Shown here piece by piece: positions 59,040 to 64,000 of a stretch of 64,000 nucleotides of DNA. The stretch comes from the human T2T-CHM13v2.0 reference genome, Homo sapiens. The translations under genes were made by a program, and so were the position numbers. The notes below the pieces were generated by a model. That model was not told the DNA's origin. It did no database searches and saw only the letters and a list, made by a program, of their open reading frames with translations. The number at the start of each line of letters is the position of its first letter. Position 1 is the first letter of the stretch. The stretch lies in assembly GCF_009914755.1 (NCBI RefSeq), contig NC_060937.1; one strand, given 5' to 3'.

Positions 59040-62000
59040 CTCTATACCCTCAGTGTAGGGAAAGGCTTTCTGAATATGACTCAAAAATCCAGAAGCAAAA
59101 GAAGATTAATAAATCTAACTCCACAAAAAGAAACTTTTGCATGGCAAAAAAAAAAATAATAAAAACAAAGTCAAAAGACACATAATACAGCCTGGATAAC
59201 ATGGTGAGACCCTGTCTCTACAAAAGTAAAAAATTAGCTGGGCTTCGTGGTACACATAACTCCTAGCTAACTCGGGAGGCTGAGGCAGGAAGATTGCTTG
59301 AGCCCAGGTCAAGGCTACAGTGAACTATGACCATACCAATGTACTATGGCTGGGGTGACAGGGTGAGACACTGTCTCACACAAATAAGCAAAAAAAAAAA
59401 AAAAAAAAAAAGAACAAATAAGCTAGCAGAAAGTATCTGCATCATGTAACACATATAAAGGCTTACATCCCTAACTTATAAAGAACTCTTAAATTTAGGG
59501 AAAAATGCCAAAATCTTCAATAACAGGCAAAACACATGAACAGACAATTCATGAGAAGAAATAAAAACTGACCCTTAAACACATGAAAAAATGATCAACT
59601 TCACTCTTAGGATAAACAAAAATTAAAACTACATTGATACACTACTTTTCACCCAGAAGACAGACAAACATTCAAAAGCTAAACAAGTCATCCTGTTAGC
59701 AAAGACGTAGGAAAAGTTCTCTCACACATCTCTGGTGGCAATGCAAAGTGCCATAAGCCCCCAAAAAGGGAATTTTACAGTATCTAACAAAGCTACATAT
59801 GTGTACACTCCTGAGGCAATAATCCTAGGAATTTACCCTACAGATTTGTCCCTGAGAATTCAAAAACACACATGCACAAAGCCAGGGAGTGTAAAATCAT
59901 TTATAATGCAAAATATCATAAACTACTGAAATACCAAAGCACAGGCCACTGGTTGAGTAACCCATAGCACAGATACACAATGGAGTGCTATGCAGCTGTT
60001 TAAAAGGAGAATGAGATCCCTTGAACTTGCCTAACTTGCCTGGAAGTGATTTCCAGATTTTATTACATGAAAAAAGCAACATGCAAAAGAACATATACAA
60101 CATGCTACCTTCACTGAAAGAGCAATATATCCTCTTATTCTTAGATGAAAAATAACAGGAGGTTTAAAACAGAAAACAATGAAGTTAGTTACTTCCAAGA
60201 GGCTGGGGGAAATGCGGTATAAGTAATAAACAAGAGACAGTGACAATTCTGAGCAAAATTTCATATAGTTTTGAGTTTTGAAAGTGTACTAATACCTTCT
60301 ATATTTAAAAAATTAAATCACTAAGAAAAAGGGGAATAAAATCTATTACTGAGAGCAAACTGAAGCAGACTTGCTTTTTAGATTGAGCAACTGAATAAAT
60401 GTGCTGTTCTACAACCCAGAATTTTTGTTGTAGGAGAACAGACATGCAAGAATGAAAAGGCAAAGAACTCAGTGGAGAAGGATAAGAACTGGAGGTGCTG
60501 GTATAAATTCATTATTTCTAAGTTATGTATATGTATATGAATATTTATGTGTATATACATAACGTGTAGGGGTGTTCAATCTTTTGGCTTTCCTGGACCA
60601 CATTGAAAGAAGAATCGTCTTGGGCCACTCACAAGATACACTAACACTAATGACAGCTGATGAGCTACACACACACACACACACACACCCACACCGAAAA
60701 AAAAAAAAACACCTCATAATGTTTTAAGAAATTTTACAAATTTCTGTTGGGCCACATTCAAAGCCATCCTGGACCACATGTAGCCTGCGGGCCATGGGTT
60801 GGACAAACATCTGTAAGTGTATACACATGCATGTATTTCCTGACACCACCTGCTGAAAGGGTGAAGAAGCAAACACCCTCCAGTAGCAATGAGCGCACCC
60901 AGCACCCATTCCCCACTAAAGGAATCTGGGTTACTTATTTAACAATGGACTTATTCCAGGACTCGGGCATGGGAGGTATAAGATGAGCTTGTAACATCTT
61001 GTTACACCAAAAAGTATGAAATGTTCAAAAAAGCGGTGAGGGCAGAACACCAGTGCCAGCTTGAAGGAGCAACTGACAGCAAGTATGCGACTATTTGAGC
61101 CAAAAAATAATTAGGTAATGAGTTGTAAATGATTGAAGATAATAGGAGTTCATGAGTCAATATTAATAGTAAGTAAGCTTAACATGTGAAAGAAGTGTTC
61201 TTGCTTACAAAAGAAAGCAGAGGGCTAACTGGTAAATGTGGTGGGAGTGCTAGACCTGGAAATGCATCATTTGCAACCAAAAGAAAGTATGTTAAAATGG
61301 CATCATCAGGCAGTAAGTTTGTTGTTGTTGTTGCTGTTGTTGTTGTTGTTGTTGTTGTTGCTGTTTTTTGAGACAGAGTCTATCTCTGTCACCCAGGCTG
61401 GAGTGTAGTAGCATGAGTCCAACTCACTGCAACCTCGCCTCCTGGGTTCAAGCGATTCTCCGGTCTCAGCATCCTGAGTAGCTGGGATTACATGGCACCC
61501 GCTACCATGCCTGGCTAATTTTTGTATTTTTAGTACAGACAGGGTTTCACCATGTTGGCCAGGCTGATCTCGAACTCCTGACCTCAACTGATCCACCCAC
61601 TTCAGCCTCCCAAAGTGCTGGGATTACAGGTGTGAGCCACCACACCCGGCCTAGGGAGTAAGTTTTTCAAATCTAGAAGGAAATTCTGAGGAAAAGCAAG
61701 ATATTTGCATGGTCTTAAAGTATCCTCACATACTGCTTTATTAGATACAAGGGAGGGGGGAATAGAAATTGGGCAACAGCCTGACCAGGTGATTCTCATG
61801 AGGGAAAGTGGAATAATGTGTGCTTCCAGTTGTGATACCCTGAGGATGGATCAGCATTTTGCAGTATTCTGGCCAATAATGCATGCCTCTCATCTAATTA
61901 TAAGGGGTTATCAAAAACAAAATGGGGAAATTTCTGTTTGAAAAAAGAAAAACACAAGTATATCGAGAAGAACTCTATTCTTCAAAAATACCAATGACAA

Positions 62001-62420
62001 AAACTAAATCCTAGAACCTACTTGGAGGAAGGGGTAGGTTATGAAGGACATCAGATCAAATGACATAACTGTAATATGGCTGGTACATTAGATAAACATA
62101 TGGCATTGATGTAAGTTTAGGAAGTTGATAGCAGGATTGTGATTTTTTAAGAATATTCCTACTATTAAGAAATACATACTGAAATGGTGGTAAAAAGGCA
62201 CAATGTATGTAATTAACCCTCAAATAGTAGGGGGTTGGGGGAATAGAGACACACACACAGACACACACACATACACACACACACACAGAGAAAGTGAGAG
62301 AGGGCATGCCCAATGATAATGAAATGCTAACAACAGATATATCTAAGTAAATGGGATATGGGTATTATTTTTATTTTTTCCAACTTTTAGAGTTTGAACT
62401 TATTTTCAAGTAAAAACTTT
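59040..62420 (+). mobile_element. Old L1M (L1MC/MD/ME-like) fragments with AluJ piece (59187-59410), MER30 (60568-60810) and AluS (61320-61651, minus)
   Basis: gtagggaaaggctttctgaatatgac, catgaacagacaattc, ctaggaatttaccc; MER30 ends ggggtgttcaatcttttggc / gggttggacaa; Alu with (GTT)n tail and TSD agtaagttt. Confidence 0.75.
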
Positions 62421-62799
62421 CTAAAAACGCATAACATACCAAAGAACAGACATTCTTGAGATAAAAGTAGGAAAAAGAAACCTATCTGACAATGACTGGT
62501 TTACAATAAAGATCCTGAAAAGATCAACCCCACTCCAGCTCACCAGGGAGCAGCCCCAAACTAGACTGACAGCCCCGCGGGGGCACACTGATTTGCCCCA
62601 ACATCTCCAGCCTTCACTACAGTGATGTTCGCACACAGTAAACACTCAAATGTTAAATGCAAACAAATGAGCAAATTATGACTCAAGACTACAGAGAGAA
62701 CTACAGAAGAATTCAACAGCAGAGAAAGATGATCATTCTTCAAATGGTTCAAAGGACAAACCTTTCAATCCATGAAAAACTCTATGGTAACTGTTTCTG

Positions 62800-63000
62800 T
62801 ACTTACTTTGTGTTAGGCATTGTGCTGGGCACTTTATAGATACCACTTCATTAAATCCAACATCCCTGTGAGGTAAGTACCGTTAACCTTCTATACACTG
62901 ACTTAGGGAAGTTAAACAGGTAGCCAAAGATCATCAATTTAGTAACTGAAAAAACTGCAGTTTGACTCCACAGCATAAGCTTTTAACCACCACACTATAG
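62800..63000 (-). mobile_element. MIR fragment
   Basis: acttactttgtgttaggcattgtgctgggcacttta...ccctgtgaggta...cttttaaccaccacacta. Confidence 0.65.
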
Positions 63001-64000
63001 TGCCTTCATAGAACAGAATAAAAAGATTAAGTATCCAATAGTATTCCCAGAAATTATGTAATCCTGTCACTCTCAAAAGAGAATAGCAGATTACAAAGAG
63101 CAAATCGAAAAGAAGCACACCAAAGGGGAGACAGAACAAGCTGAGAAAGACACCCAGAATTCTCTACCAGTTCTCAAGACAATGAAAACCATAATAAAGA
63201 AGATTAAGAGCAAGAGACAAAAATTATCCAGTAGTTACTAGATATTATTAGAGAGTGTAAAGAAGGTAATTTTTAAAGTAAATATATTTTTTTAAAAAGG
63301 TGCTGGGGCGGGGGGTGGAGGCGGGGATGGGGATTCACACATCTCCCAAAGCTTTCAGGAAGAAAAAAAGGATTATGATTAAATTTTTTCAAGTTAAGAT
63401 TTTTCTCGTGACAGCATAAACTGAAAAAACTGAAGAAAATGTTTTCAGAGTATAAAAAAGAAAAATTTGTAATATGAAACATTATACTGTGCCAAGTTCT
63501 TATAGCCAGCCTAAAAGGAACAGTCTCTTTCCAACATGTAGGGTTTCAAAAACTTTATAATTATTTTTAAAGGATCACAACCAAGACTCTGAAAGGTTGA
63601 GGGTAAAGTTGGAGTTAACAGAGGAAATATATTTTTGCAAGAAAATTGTGACAGGGTTTACAATCTAGGTTAATCGAATCAAACAGAGAAAAGGGGAATA
63701 AAAACTTTATTTTCAGTGGGGAATGGGAGAAAATTTATATCTTTAATATTTATAATCATTTACATTCACAAAATGAGATTCTGAATTATAAATCATTGCA
63801 GGAAGTAAAAGAAGAGAAAAATAGAAAAATTTTGCCTCAAAACAGCCAAGCATTTCAATTACAACCGTCAATCCAGTTACCTCTATTAAGCTTTTCAAAA
63901 GATACATTTTTATAACACAAAAGAATCCAAAATAAGATGTGAAAAGATAACCATTCAACCGTTAAACTAACACCCTACGTGGCCATAGTGTCAGGCAAAG

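Noticed and set aside
60667-62290. (CA)n at ~60667 and ~62248, (GTT)n at ~61320
   Set aside because: These are ordinary microsatellites or Alu-tail derivatives.

Overview
This is human or other hominoid genomic DNA, dense in Alu and L1 repeats, organised as a pericentromeric or acrocentric-type segmental-duplication mosaic. I can support no intact protein-coding gene. From left to right it holds: a degraded minus-strand ERV-L internal region (~2.9-9.9 kb) with a 5'-truncated EIF3F processed pseudogene that keeps an open 289-codon frame, plus nested DNA transposons; tandemly reiterated old L1 3' pieces with a templated-insertion scar (9.9-14.9 kb); a CpG island with a strong minus-strand splice donor (15-16.5 kb); a full-length but dead L1PA (22.3-28.5 kb, minus); a truncated vomeronasal V1R pseudogene (30.0-30.6 kb); the five 3' exons of an ANKRD36 pseudogene (32.2-37.2 kb, plus); and a convergent partial duplicate of KMT2C/MLL3 (part of exon 13 plus exons 14-18, 39.1-59.0 kb, minus). 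The KMT2C copy carries changes equivalent to Y816*(c.2447dupA), R904*, Y987*, C988F and others that I recall as recurrent KMT2C short-read variant calls. I found no wholly new biological system; the best leads are this paralogue haplotype, the frame-preserved retrocopy, the duplicon junctions and possible chimeric transcription. Comparisons with parent genes and repeat consensi are from memory and need alignment, and repeat boundaries are approximate.
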